Assembly: GCA_965220725.1 (NCBI GenBank) | Contig: OZ244840.1 | Coordinates: forward strand, 1,869,399-1,933,398 | Reading direction: 5' to 3' | Length of the DNA stretch: 64,000 bases | Origin: Arenicellales bacterium | Lineage (GTDB): Bacteria > Pseudomonadota > Gammaproteobacteria > Arenicellales > JAJDZL01 | Shown here: positions 9,453 through 19,960 of the stretch, in pieces | Position numbering within the stretch: position 1 is the first letter of the stretch | Layout: every line of letters starts with the position of its first letter | Notes under the pieces: model-generated | Database searches by the model: none | Told to the model about the DNA's origin: nothing | Seen by the model: only the letters and a program-made list of their open reading frames with translations | Translations under genes and position numbers: made by a program

Positions 9453-10646
9453 TTATCGGTTGAGACCGACAGTCTCCAGAACATGAACGACGTTTGCGGT
9501 GCAGATGCCTGAGTGTGCATCGACCACACCGCGGCGCAGAACTCTGTCAGGTTGAAGTTTCGATTCGAAACAACCTTTCAAGAGACGATTCAAGGTCACG
9601 GCCTGTGCGATGCCGGTGGCGCCCGGTGCGCCGCCTTGTCCAATCAGGCCGCCAGACAGATTGACGGGCAGCCGGCCATCGCTGAGAAAGTCACCGCGTG
9701 CCATGTGCGCTCCTGCTTCGCCCGGTGCGCACAGGCCAAGCGCTTCGATACCCTGCAGTTCGGCGCCGGTGAACGCATCATAGACCTCGGCGACATCAAT
9801 CTGCGAAGCCGGATCCGAGATTCCAGCGAGCGAATAGGCCTGCTTGGAGGCTCGGACTTTTGCTGAGAAGACGTGTGGAGCCTCCCGGTCCCCCAGTCGA
9901 ACGGAATCGGTACTCGCACCGCTTCCTGTAATCCGAACCGCGGAGTTCTTTGGTTGAACAGAATTGCCACTCGACAACACGACTGCTGCCGCGCCATCGC
10001 TGACCATCGAGCAGTCCAGCAGGCGATAGGGGTCGCTGACCATCTTGGAGTTCAATACATCGTCAATGGAAATGTCCATTGGCTTGTGAGCAAATGGATT
10101 GTGCATGGCATTGCCATGATTCTTGACGGACACCATTGCAGCCCCGGTTGGATCGACATCGAACTGCCGGCAGTACAGTTTGTAGGACAGCGCGTACAAG
10201 TTTGCTGTGCTCACTCCCATCCAGCCTTCGATGTCAGCATCAAACGAGAGACTGTAGACCTTTTGCACACCGGTCCGGGATAATCGACTGGCAGTCTGGT
10301 CAAAACCAATCACCAGAACGTTGTCGACGAGTCCCGAGCAGACCTGGAGGAATCCCTCGCGCAACGCAGCAGCACCGCTCGCACCTCCCGCCTCAACATG
10401 TACGGCTGCAGCGCCAACCAGACCGAGTTCGTCCGCAACCAAGGCAGACGGACTGACCTGCAGTGACAGCATGTCGCTCTCACTGGCAACGACGATGGAG
10501 TCCACTTCGGAAGATTCGAGTTGCGCCTCCTCGAGCGCCTGGCGACCGACCTGTCGAATCCAGTCGCGGAAAGTCGAGCCGTCCTGATAACGCCGGAACG
10601 GAATCATGGACGCACCGGTGATGTAGGGGCGGCGGTTACTCGCCAT
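9453..10646 (-). CDS. thiolase-fold (SCP2/Ltp-type) protein lacking the canonical catalytic Cys
   Basis: VSVKNHGNA, DCSMVSDGAAAVVL, VAEVYDAFTGAE, NLSGGLIGQG. EAGGASG occurs where CASG is usual. Confidence 0.85.
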   Translation of the reverse strand: MASNRRPYITGASMIPFRRYQDGSTFRDWIRQVGRQALEEAQLESSEVDSIVVASESDMLSLQVSPSALVADELGLVGAAAVHVEAGGASGAAALREGFLQVCSGLVDNVLVIGFDQTASRLSRTGVQKVYSLSFDADIEGWMGVSTANLYALSYKLYCRQFDVDPTGAAMVSVKNHGNAMHNPFAHKPMDISIDDVLNSKMVSDPYRLLDCSMVSDGAAAVVLSSGNSVQPKNSAVRITGSGASTDSVRLGDREAPHVFSAKVRASKQAYSLAGISDPASQIDVAEVYDAFTGAELQGIEALGLCAPGEAGAHMARGDFLSDGRLPVNLSGGLIGQGGAPGATGIAQAVTLNRLLKGCFESKLQPDRVLRRGVVDAHSGICTANVVHVLETVGLNR

Positions 10647-10651
10647 CTTGG

Positions 10652-11965
10652 TTATCCCGATATCATTTTCTGTGGCAGCCAAGTTGCCAGTTCTGGAAAG
10701 ATAATCAGCAATGCAAGAACAAGAATATCAAACAGGATGAAGGGAATCACACCTTTGACGACATCGTGGAATTCTGCCTTGCCTCCCAGCGCACTCAAGA
10801 CCGCAAACAGATTAATCCCCACAGGCGGCGTGATCACAGAAATCTCAATCAGTTTCACAATCACGATGCCAAACCAGATCGGATCAATGTTGAGCTCGAC
10901 AACGACCGGGAACAGGAAGGGCAGGGTGACGACCATCATCGAGGTCGTGTCCAGAAAGCATCCAAGCAGGATATAGAGAATGGACACAAAAATCATGAAC
11001 TTCAACGGTGTGTCAGCGATCGAGGTGATGAACTCCACCAGTCCATCGATGACACCCACGACTACCAGCATTCTGGACAACAGCAAACCGCCAATCAGGA
11101 TGATAAAGATCACACAGCTGATGGTTGCCGCATCATACAGTGCCGGTGGAAGCCAACCTTTCAGGGTCTTCTTCTTGGCGATTGCAAGGCAGAATGCACC
11201 GAACGCGCCGGCGGCACCGGCCGCGGAGGGTGGAAACAGCCCCGTGTAGATTCCGCCGAGTACGATTGCCATGAGGAACAGTACCGGCCAGACATAGATC
11301 ATCGATCTGAATTTCTCAGCCAAGAGGACACGTTCCTTGATGGGAGGTGCCAGTGACGGTCGGATTCTGACCAGTGTGTAGACGCCGGCCAGATAGACAA
11401 AGGCCGTGATCAGACCCGGGATGACGCCGGCCATCAGGAGTTGTCCCACCGACTGTTCGGTGATGATGGCGTAGATGACCATGGTGATGGACGGAGGGAT
11501 CATGGCAGCGAAACTGCCTGATCCGGCAATGGCACCGATGGACAGGCTGCGGGAATAGCCGAACTTGATCATTTGCGGGAATGCAATGCGCGTAAACACC
11601 ACGGCATTGACGATGGTCGATCCCGAAATTGCTGCAAACACCGCTGAACCGACAATGACCGCCTGATACAGACCCCCTCGAAAGCGCCGCAGCCACAGAT
11701 CTGAGGAGTAGAACACATCACGCGTTACTCCGGAGGATTCAGCCAGTACACCCATCAGTACAAACATGGGCAACACTGCGAACGCGTAATTGTTGACTAC
11801 CCAGAAAGGAAGATTCTTCAACTGTCCCCAGGCGAAGAGTTCTCCGGCACCGAGGATCATTCCGGTGACGCCGATGACACCCATTGCGACACCGACCGGT
11901 ATGCCAATCGCCAGGAACACAAAAAGGAGGCCAGCGCCCAGATAACCGACCAGAATGGGATCCAT
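10652..11965 (-). CDS. TRAP transporter large permease (DctM)
   Basis: FAAISGS, MIPPSI, ITPPVGINLF; many TM segments. Confidence 0.93.
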   Translation of the reverse strand: MDPILVGYLGAGLLFVFLAIGIPVGVAMGVIGVTGMILGAGELFAWGQLKNLPFWVVNNYAFAVLPMFVLMGVLAESSGVTRDVFYSSDLWLRRFRGGLYQAVIVGSAVFAAISGSTIVNAVVFTRIAFPQMIKFGYSRSLSIGAIAGSGSFAAMIPPSITMVIYAIITEQSVGQLLMAGVIPGLITAFVYLAGVYTLVRIRPSLAPPIKERVLLAEKFRSMIYVWPVLFLMAIVLGGIYTGLFPPSAAGAAGAFGAFCLAIAKKKTLKGWLPPALYDAATISCVIFIILIGGLLLSRMLVVVGVIDGLVEFITSIADTPLKFMIFVSILYILLGCFLDTTSMMVVTLPFLFPVVVELNIDPIWFGIVIVKLIEISVITPPVGINLFAVLSALGGKAEFHDVVKGVIPFILFDILVLALLIIFPELATWLPQKMISG

Positions 11966-11966
11966 G

Positions 11967-12512
11967 TCAGTCCTCGGGTGTGTCCGTTGAAGGGTCGGGA
12001 TCGGCGCGCTCGATTCGAAATGGCGCAAACATGACGCCGAGCATGTCGAAAAGGCATTGTGCGGTCATCAGCGTAACGCCGATTGCCAGGACGAAACGCG
12101 CAGGCCACAGTGGAAAGTTGATCAATCCTGTAGCGTACTCACCGACGTTGAAAGCATGGATCGCCACCGGCCATGCAAAGCGGGCGATCAGGCCGAACAG
12201 GATCATCGCCAAGGCGAATTGCACGATGTCTGCAACTTTCTGCAGGGGGAGCGGTAGCCGTCGCACCAGCAGCTCGACGCGGATGTGTTGCCGTTCATGC
12301 TGGGCATAGGACACCGCGAGAAAGACCGTGACCACCATCATGGCGCCCATGAACTCAAAGGTTGCGGGGATGGGCCGGCTCTTGAGCCCTACGACGTCAA
12401 GATTGGTGCCGAAGACATCGGCTGCACCGGCAATCATCATCAGCAATATCGCAACGCCCGAAAGGATGGCGCACGCGCGTGTGAGCCTGAGCAGGATTCT
12501 GGCTGGAGTCAT
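11967..12512 (-). CDS. TRAP transporter small permease (DctQ)
   Basis: About 4 TM segments, HIRVELL motif, position between dctP and dctM. Confidence 0.9.
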   Translation of the reverse strand: MTPARILLRLTRACAILSGVAILLMMIAGAADVFGTNLDVVGLKSRPIPATFEFMGAMMVVTVFLAVSYAQHERQHIRVELLVRRLPLPLQKVADIVQFALAMILFGLIARFAWPVAIHAFNVGEYATGLINFPLWPARFVLAIGVTLMTAQCLFDMLGVMFAPFRIERADPDPSTDTPED

Positions 12513-12539
12513 CTGATGCAGACGATGGGTTTTGAAAAT

Positions 12540-12573
12540 GCGAATCCCGAGCGATTGATCTCCCGGGATTCGC
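12540..12573 (-). terminator. intercistronic stem-loop after the TRAP SBP gene
   Basis: GCGAATCCCG...CGGGATTCGC 10-bp inverted repeat. Confidence 0.55.
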
Positions 12574-12599
12574 GTTCAATGATGGTTTACGGGTGAGGG

Positions 12600-13619
12600 T
12601 CAGTTGGCGACAACTTCCCTCCAGATCTGGATGGTTTTCTCGGCATCGGCGCCGCGTCCGAGCTCAGTCATATCCTTGATGAAGTCTCCGAAGAAGTCCG
12701 GATTGGCGTTGCGCCACTTTTCGGCCTCTTCTGCCGGAAAATCATGGAACTGCACGCCTTGCGCCTTGAGCTCATCAATGGCTGCCTCACCGGCTGCAAG
12801 CACCTGGTCGCGATCTCGACGCGCCGCCTCGAACGAGATTTCCTGAACGATTGCACGCTGCTCATCGGTGAAACCATTCCAGATGTCGCTTGAGATCCAA
12901 ACCGCGTTCGTCGGTCCTTCCCACAGGGTAATGTGATGGATGTGCTTGGCAACCTCATAGATCTTGTAACTGACCATCAGGTCCACTGAAAACGGGATGC
13001 AGTCCACTGTGCCTCGGGACAAACCCTCATAGAGTTCATGCAGACCGAGTGTGATCGGGATTGCGCCCGCGGCTTCAACCATCCGCGGCATGTCCTTGCC
13101 CCAGGTTCGCACCTTCTTGCCCTGCATGTCCGCCACACTTGTGATTTGCTCTTTGCACACCAGTTTGTAGGGATTCAGGTGATGGAAGAAAAGTGCCTTC
13201 ATGCCGTTGCGTGCGGCTTCCGCCTCAAACTCTGGCACCTCCACCAGCAATCGCTCCATCAGTTCAGTTGCCTGCGGCACCTCTGACATCGCCATCGGGA
13301 TTGAATTGGGTGCTGCATGAAACGGCAGTTCGGCAGGGAAATATCCCGGCGACATGGCGGCGAGTTCGATCGCGCCGCTTTGGATCAGCCCCAGATTTTC
13401 CTTGCCCTTGCCCAGCGCACCTTCCCAGAAGATCTTGATGTCAACCTCACCGTTGGTACGTTCCTTGATTTCATTCGCCCACCACAGGTCAACCTGTCCT
13501 CCCGGTGTATTCTCGGTCCACTGACTGCTCATCTTGAGGACCGGAGCGGCATGGCCGACTGTCGTCAGCATCATGAACACCGCCGTCAAGGCGGCAATTA
13601 GAATGGATTTTGATTTCAT
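12600..13619 (-). CDS. TRAP substrate-binding protein (DctP)
   Basis: Signal peptide MKSKSILIAAL, DMQGKKVR, ELYEGLSRGTVD. The longer ORF start at 13955 overlaps the divergent gene. Confidence 0.92.
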   Translation of the reverse strand: MKSKSILIAALTAVFMMLTTVGHAAPVLKMSSQWTENTPGGQVDLWWANEIKERTNGEVDIKIFWEGALGKGKENLGLIQSGAIELAAMSPGYFPAELPFHAAPNSIPMAMSEVPQATELMERLLVEVPEFEAEAARNGMKALFFHHLNPYKLVCKEQITSVADMQGKKVRTWGKDMPRMVEAAGAIPITLGLHELYEGLSRGTVDCIPFSVDLMVSYKIYEVAKHIHHITLWEGPTNAVWISSDIWNGFTDEQRAIVQEISFEAARRDRDQVLAAGEAAIDELKAQGVQFHDFPAEEAEKWRNANPDFFGDFIKDMTELGRGADAEKTIQIWREVVAN

Positions 13620-13800
13620 TACTGTTACTCCTCTATCTTGTATATTTATCGTGTATCTGAAATATACAGCATTCAAATTGGTGTTGAAACATAATTTGAA
13701 TGTTGTTGCGGCTAAATTGCCGTAGCGGGAATCGAGTTGATTTTCGCATAAAGACGGCATCGGACAACTCAATGAAAACATCAGTAAAGTATCAAGGTTA

Positions 13801-15231
13801 ATGAAAAAGCCAAATTCGTCCATACGTTCGGAACTCGCCTCAATCGTGGGTGAGTCGCATGTGATTTCTGAATACGAGACTATCGAGTCGTACCTCAAGG
13901 AGCGGCGCGGTCGATTCAGCAGTGAGACCAAGTGCATCGTATTACCGGGCAGCACCGAAGAGGTTGCTGCGGTGGTCCGGCTGTGCGGTAAGAGGCATCA
14001 GACAATCGTCCCGCAAGGTGGTAATACCGGTGTCTGTGGCGGTGCGGTGTCTGATTCGGAATCCATCATAGTCAACCTGCAGAGACTGAACCGGGTTCGC
14101 GGCGTTGATGCGGCTGGGTATACGATGGAAGTGGAGTCCGGATGCATCCTGGCCGATCTGCAGTCCGTCGCTGCCGACCATGACCGGTATCTGCCCCTGA
14201 GTCTCGGTGCGGAGGGAACCTGTCAGATCGGTGGCAATCTCTCGACCAATGCAGGTGGCGTCAATGTCCTTCGATATGGCAATGCCCGTGATCTGGTACT
14301 GGGCTTGGAAGTGGTTTTGCCCAACGGTGAGATCTGGAACGGTCTCAATGCACTGCGAAAGAACAATACCGGCTACGACCTGAAAAACATGTTCATTGGA
14401 GCGGAGGGCACCCTGGGCATCATTACCGCGGCTGTACTCAAACTTTTTCCACGCCCGGTCCATCGGTCAACTGTCCTGATTGCAATCAATTCCGTTGAGG
14501 ATGCGTTGGAACTCTTTGCACGGACGCGCAAGGAGACTTCGGATTTTGCCTCATCGTTTGAGTTGATGTCCAGAGTCTGTGTTGAAGCCGCGTTCAGACG
14601 AATTCCAGAGTGCAGTGACTTTTTTCCTGAGGCTCATCCATGGTATGTATTGATGGAACTCGGTGACAGCACCAACGAGGGCATCAGCCAGCAGTTGAAT
14701 GAAAGGTTTCTTGAGCGCGCGTTCGAGGATGGCATTATTGTGGATGCTGTACTGGCACAGAATGAGAAGCAGTCGATCGAGATGTGGAGACTGAGGGAGG
14801 CGATTGTGGAGGCACAGCTCTATGAGGGCAAGAGCATCAAGAACGATGTCAGCGTTCCGTTGTCGGGAATTGCCGAGTTCATCGAGCGGACTATCGCCAC
14901 CAGTGAGTCCATGATTCCGGGAGTTCGGTGTTTTGCCTATGGGCACATCGGTGATGGCAACATCCACTTCAACCTGAGTCAGCCCACTGACATGGATGGC
15001 GATGAATTTTTTGCCCAATGGTACCCGGTTACGGATGCGGTACACGAAATCGCTGACAGCCTGGGTGGTTCATTCAGTGCGGAGCACGGGATTGGACTTT
15101 TGAAGCTCCGGGACATGGCGCACTACAAGTCTTCAGTTGAACTCGACATCATGCGTTCCATCAAGTCTGCATTGGATCCGCACAATATCATGAACCCCGG
15201 GAAGGTTCTGCCTTCCGGTGTGTCCCCCTGA
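13801..15231 (+). CDS. FAD-linked oxidase, D-2-hydroxyacid (D-2-hydroxyglutarate/D-lactate) dehydrogenase family
   Basis: PQGGNTG, IGGNLSTNAGG, LRKNNTGYDL, GHIGDGNIH, SAEHGIG, NPGK. Confidence 0.92.
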   Translation: MKKPNSSIRSELASIVGESHVISEYETIESYLKERRGRFSSETKCIVLPGSTEEVAAVVRLCGKRHQTIVPQGGNTGVCGGAVSDSESIIVNLQRLNRVRGVDAAGYTMEVESGCILADLQSVAADHDRYLPLSLGAEGTCQIGGNLSTNAGGVNVLRYGNARDLVLGLEVVLPNGEIWNGLNALRKNNTGYDLKNMFIGAEGTLGIITAAVLKLFPRPVHRSTVLIAINSVEDALELFARTRKETSDFASSFELMSRVCVEAAFRRIPECSDFFPEAHPWYVLMELGDSTNEGISQQLNERFLERAFEDGIIVDAVLAQNEKQSIEMWRLREAIVEAQLYEGKSIKNDVSVPLSGIAEFIERTIATSESMIPGVRCFAYGHIGDGNIHFNLSQPTDMDGDEFFAQWYPVTDAVHEIADSLGGSFSAEHGIGLLKLRDMAHYKSSVELDIMRSIKSALDPHNIMNPGKVLPSGVSP

Positions 15232-15939
15232 TCAGATCATTGAGCGCACAAGCTGTTGCTTGAGTCCCGCGATTGAGCCCGATGGGTCGAGTTCTTTCGG
15301 GCAGAGTTGGGTACATGATCGTGTGGTATGGCACGACAGGCATCCGGATCCTGATGCGGCATTGCGAAGCAGTTGATCTGCATTGGAAACCCGCTCATCG
15401 TTCACCAGTGACCAGGCGCGGTTGAGTGCAGCCGGTCCCCAATATTCGGGATTCCACTTCACCACGTCGCACGCCGAATAACAGACTCCGCAACCGATGC
15501 ACTCAATGGCGCTGTCGGCAGCTTGTCGTTTCGGACTGCTCGGTTTGACTTTGGCAAACGATGTTGATTGCTGGGCGTCTGACTCAGGCTGTTTCGACGC
15601 CTTGTCCCATTTGCTGAAGAACTCGTCCATGTCGACGACCAGATCCTTGATCACTGAAAAGTTTCTCAAAGGGGCTATTTTTATGCGTTCGGTATTGCCA
15701 AGTGCGGATGTCTGGGTGCGACAGGTCCACCGCGCGACGCCATTGACGGTCATGGCGCAGGTGCCGCACATCCCCACACGGCAGGCAAATCGATAGGACA
15801 GCGTATGATCCAGCTCGCGCTGGACGTAAGTCACCACATCCAGAATGGTCTGATTTTCAGATCGCGGTACCTGGTAGGTGCTAAATGACCCTGACTTCCT
15901 ACCGCGCCAGATTTCTACGAGCAAAGGATTACTGCTCAT
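15232..15939 (-). CDS. succinate dehydrogenase/fumarate reductase-type iron-sulfur subunit (orphan)
   Basis: CRVGMCGTC...C 2Fe-2S motif; CIGCGVCYSAC; CHTTRSCTQLCP. Confidence 0.88.
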   Translation of the reverse strand: MSSNPLLVEIWRGRKSGSFSTYQVPRSENQTILDVVTYVQRELDHTLSYRFACRVGMCGTCAMTVNGVARWTCRTQTSALGNTERIKIAPLRNFSVIKDLVVDMDEFFSKWDKASKQPESDAQQSTSFAKVKPSSPKRQAADSAIECIGCGVCYSACDVVKWNPEYWGPAALNRAWSLVNDERVSNADQLLRNAASGSGCLSCHTTRSCTQLCPKELDPSGSIAGLKQQLVRSMI

Positions 15940-16122
15940 AACGATGGCGGCAGGAATACCCTGAAAATAAAGTGGATGACTTGAGTTCTTGCGTTTTCAC
16001 TCGGCTTTTGCCAACTGTTCCATGTACAATTTTTTGCTCCATCCATTAATGATATTTCAAATCAGGAATGTGATTGTCGGATGGTTGAGAATTATTTTCA
16101 AACATACACATCATGAAGAGCC

Positions 16123-17235
16123 ATGCTGATCAAGGATATTGAAATCACGCGCCACCGACTGCCGGTGAATCCGCCTTTTCCTTCGTCGTGGGACCCGATT
16201 GCGCTCAGCACGTTTGAGATTACATTGGTGCGGGTCACCGCGGAAAACGGAACGGTCGGTATCGCCTCTGGGGATGCGATGATCGGTTTCGAGCGATACA
16301 AGCATCTGTTCATTGGTGAGAGTGCTTTCAATTTCGAGCGGCATAATCGGGTATTGGAGAGCATTTCGCTGTTTGCGGCACGATGCTGGCCGCTGGATCT
16401 GGCGCTTTGGGATTTGCGCGGGAAGGTTGAAAACAAACCAGTCTATGAACTGCTTGGCGGTGAATCCGGTGTGCTGCCCCTGTATGCCTCAACCGGTGTT
16501 GTTCGCTCGCCGCAGGCACTCGCCGAACAGGCCTGCCGTATCAGGCAGATGGGGTTCGAGGCGATCAAGTTCAGAATCGCCCGGCGTGCGCCTGATGAGG
16601 ATGTTGAAGCGTTGCGTGCGGTTCGCATGGCTTTGGGTGACGAGGTTGAAATCATGGTCGATGCCAACCAGGCGTGGCGGATGCCGTGGGATATCTCACC
16701 TTGGTGGACCTACGATGATGCCCGCTCCGTGATCGAGAAAACCCGGGAGTTGAATCTGTACTGGCTCGAAGAGCCCCTGCATCGGGGAGATTTCGAGGGT
16801 TTGCGAAAACTTCGTTCGATACCGAATGCACCGCGTATCGCCAGTGGAGAGATGAATACGGAATACCATGAGTTAAGACATCTAATGGCAACCGGATGTG
16901 TGGATGTCCTGCAGACTGATTGTGTCTATTATGGCGGGATAACCGGACTTGCGAAAATTGCCAGGGAGTCGCTGGACTTCGGTGTCACATTCAGTCCGCA
17001 CACCTGGGGTAACGGCATCGGATTCTTGGCGAATGCGCAACTTGCAGCCGGTACCGGGGCACCACCCTATCTTGAGTACGCGGTTGATCCCCCTGAGTGG
17101 ACTCTGGAGGAGAGAGACTTCATGCTGACGGAAACCGTTATGCACGATGGAGCGGGACATATTGATCTTGGAACGAAGCCAGGATTGGGCTTTGAGTTGA
17201 ATGAGGAGATACTGGCGCGAACGCGCGTCATGTAA
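16123..17235 (+). CDS. mandelate racemase/muconate lactonizing enzyme family protein
   Basis: LDLALWDLRGK, KxR, MVDAN, WLEEP, GE, PHTW. Confidence 0.9.
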   Translation: MLIKDIEITRHRLPVNPPFPSSWDPIALSTFEITLVRVTAENGTVGIASGDAMIGFERYKHLFIGESAFNFERHNRVLESISLFAARCWPLDLALWDLRGKVENKPVYELLGGESGVLPLYASTGVVRSPQALAEQACRIRQMGFEAIKFRIARRAPDEDVEALRAVRMALGDEVEIMVDANQAWRMPWDISPWWTYDDARSVIEKTRELNLYWLEEPLHRGDFEGLRKLRSIPNAPRIASGEMNTEYHELRHLMATGCVDVLQTDCVYYGGITGLAKIARESLDFGVTFSPHTWGNGIGFLANAQLAAGTGAPPYLEYAVDPPEWTLEERDFMLTETVMHDGAGHIDLGTKPGLGFELNEEILARTRVM

Positions 17236-17329
17236 GTTTGTAGTTTCAACTAAAATGCGAATGAATGTTGATTACCCATAGTCGAACGGAATTGTTCGGC
17301 GTGCACAAACAATACTGAGTGATGAAGTA

Positions 17330-19891
17330 ATGAATCAGAGAATGTTTAAAAGTCTGAATGAGTTCTCGCTTCCATTGATGAGGAATGGACTTGGAGAGTG
17401 GTTGGCGATAATGACGGGTCTGATTGTGTGGCTGGTGTTGCCGCAATTCTCCCACGCCTCGGAAGATACTGCTGAGAACAATTCAGTCGACACAAGCATC
17501 CACTCCGACGCAATACTTCCCACCAATGTGATCACCAGGGAAGAGATCGAACGTTCCGGAGTATCAACAATTTCGGATCTGCTGTTTGGAACTGGGGTTG
17601 ATTTCAATGCCTATGGCATGAACAGGCCATTCGTTCTTGGTATCGCGAATGTTGCATTCCTTGTCAACGGCAAACCATCTCTGTCATCCATCGTAAACTT
17701 ATTGCCGCTATCAGCAATTGAACGAATCGAGATCATCAATGACAACTCCGCGTCATTTCATGGGGGACACGCCATTGGCGGAGCAATCAATGTAGTGATG
17801 CGCAAGGGACGCGATGATGGAATTGAAGCCTGGTCAGACTTGGAACGCCCCTCGCAACGCGGTGCCGATTCGGAGTCCGCGGGAGCGCTGTGGTTCGCGG
17901 ATTCGGGGCAGACGAACGTGGTTGCGGGTGTTGAGTACTGGCAACGAGAAGAGATTCGCGCAGCCGACCGCGATTACACCAAGGCGATTTGGACTGAAGG
18001 GGGGACATTTGGCGAAACACAAGGCGTGTCGGTTGCTGGAAACACAGTGGTCAAGGGCACAGAATTCAGGGCAGTTGGAGATTGCAGCAATGATACCTAT
18101 ACGGGCGTGTTGACCATACCTGGAAGGGGAAACGTCTGTGGGTTTCCGTACGCTGAATATTCATTCCACACACAAGGACAGGATCGGACCCATTTCTTTT
18201 TCGACATCGAAAGTCAGTTGAATGAGGGAACTTCGGTTTACTCAGAGGTTCTCCTGAACGATTCGAGAACGCACAATCGTTTCGCACCGTCGGTTGGAAC
18301 GGTCAACGTCCAAGAATCGAGTTTGCCGTCGACTCACGATTTTTATGTCGCCGGCTCAACCAATACCCTTCGACTGTCTCATCGTCTGGTCGGTCATGGC
18401 AACCGCGACTGGTATACGGATACGGAGATCATCGGTACCGCGGTCGGATTCAGAAATCGAACTGAGAAAGGTTTCGATTATGATGTGTCGGTACAGTCTT
18501 TTGCTCATAATGTTGATGAGACCGGCAATACCTTTGTCAGTGGATCAGTACTTGAGGACCTGATCAGCAAGAACGAGTATGATTTTGTCAACCCACTGTC
18601 CCAGGACGCAACACATCTGGAAGCGATCAGAAAGTCAAGCCTGACCCTTACTGAGCGCATCAAGTTCAAATCAACTGCAATCAATACTTTGCTTGATGGG
18701 GATATCGCCACGGCAAGAGACCGGAATCTTGCATGGAAACTAGGTGCGGAAATCAGTAAGACGAGTCGGGATCATGAACTTGATCATCGCGACTCGGATG
18801 GCAATTCCTATGCACTGACTGATGTGCTTGGTTCAGGCGGTCAAACCTATTCTGGCGATCGTAAAACCTCCTCGATTTACGGAATGCTTGTGTATCCACA
18901 CAACAATCGTCTGGACCTTTCTGTCGCAGGTCGCTACGAGCATCACAGTGATGTTGCCGAGACATTTTCCAGTCAACTTGCGGCCCGCATGCCGATAACA
19001 GATTCCCTGTTGCTTCGAGCGTCAATCGGGCAAGGAGAAACACCACCTGGATTTGATGCCCTGTACCTGGATAGTTTCGCCAGTTACGAGAGAGTGTGTG
19101 ATGTGGTTACATCTGCGACGCTGTGTAATTCTTCCAATCCCAATGATGTTCAATCCGCCACTCAGCAATATCAGACGGTCACATCGGGAAATACTGCATT
19201 GAGATCGGAAAAATCCAAGACCTTCAACATCGGAATGGAGACCCAGATCGCTTCGTTATCATTGCAGGGAGATTACTTCATAATCGATAGGGAACGGATT
19301 GCGGGCGTTACATTCTCGGCTCAGGAAATCGTCAATTTGGAAAGTGCGGGAAATCTTCCAAGTATGGCGAGCGTTGAAAGAGCGCAGAATTCCAATGAAA
19401 TCGTTAGAATCAATATTCCAATCACTGACAACATCGAGAGTGAGATTTCCGGGTTGAGCCTGCGTTCAAGATTCAAAAATCAAATGCAATGGGGTGAGTT
19501 GGAAGTGGGGTTGAATGCAATGCACATCAGCAGATTTCGACCGAAAGTCAGTGGTCAACTGCAACCAGGTGATGTTCCTCGCAATCGTATACATATGGAA
19601 GTGTCCGGGACTCGGGGCGATGTGACAGCGACATGGAGTATTGGATTCGTCTCAGGTTACGAAGAAGCGAGACTCAATTACAGTTTCAAGTCATGGGTGG
19701 GTCATGACCTTACAGCAGGTTGGAAAAATGCTTTCAACATGGAAGGACTGAATCTTCGCGGTGGTATTCTGAACGTGACTGACGAGATGCCCTCGGTAAA
19801 TGCTTTCGATTCGAATGTCTTCTCAGCTGCATCTCCAGCCTACTCGCACATCGGCCGAACGTTTTTCCTTGGTGCCGAAATGAAGTGGTAG
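17330..19891 (+). CDS. TonB-dependent outer membrane receptor
   Basis: Plug motifs VITREEIERSG, LSAIERIEII and AIGGAINVV; beta-barrel ending GRTFFLGAEMKW with terminal aromatic. Start may be further downstream. Confidence 0.88.
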   Translation: MNQRMFKSLNEFSLPLMRNGLGEWLAIMTGLIVWLVLPQFSHASEDTAENNSVDTSIHSDAILPTNVITREEIERSGVSTISDLLFGTGVDFNAYGMNRPFVLGIANVAFLVNGKPSLSSIVNLLPLSAIERIEIINDNSASFHGGHAIGGAINVVMRKGRDDGIEAWSDLERPSQRGADSESAGALWFADSGQTNVVAGVEYWQREEIRAADRDYTKAIWTEGGTFGETQGVSVAGNTVVKGTEFRAVGDCSNDTYTGVLTIPGRGNVCGFPYAEYSFHTQGQDRTHFFFDIESQLNEGTSVYSEVLLNDSRTHNRFAPSVGTVNVQESSLPSTHDFYVAGSTNTLRLSHRLVGHGNRDWYTDTEIIGTAVGFRNRTEKGFDYDVSVQSFAHNVDETGNTFVSGSVLEDLISKNEYDFVNPLSQDATHLEAIRKSSLTLTERIKFKSTAINTLLDGDIATARDRNLAWKLGAEISKTSRDHELDHRDSDGNSYALTDVLGSGGQTYSGDRKTSSIYGMLVYPHNNRLDLSVAGRYEHHSDVAETFSSQLAARMPITDSLLLRASIGQGETPPGFDALYLDSFASYERVCDVVTSATLCNSSNPNDVQSATQQYQTVTSGNTALRSEKSKTFNIGMETQIASLSLQGDYFIIDRERIAGVTFSAQEIVNLESAGNLPSMASVERAQNSNEIVRINIPITDNIESEISGLSLRSRFKNQMQWGELEVGLNAMHISRFRPKVSGQLQPGDVPRNRIHMEVSGTRGDVTATWSIGFVSGYEEARLNYSFKSWVGHDLTAGWKNAFNMEGLNLRGGILNVTDEMPSVNAFDSNVFSAASPAYSHIGRTFFLGAEMKW

Positions 19892-19960
19892 TGCAGATTC
19901 CGTTCGGTTGAACTTCGGCAATTATGCTGATTCAATTCTGGAAATGCCGTCGCGGGCGTT

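Noticed and set aside
13620-13955. Long N-terminal extension of DctP in the ORF track (similar extensions at 23593, 46522, 50376, 60499, 62789)
   Set aside because: Signal peptides, RBS positions and overlaps with neighbouring genes support the downstream starts
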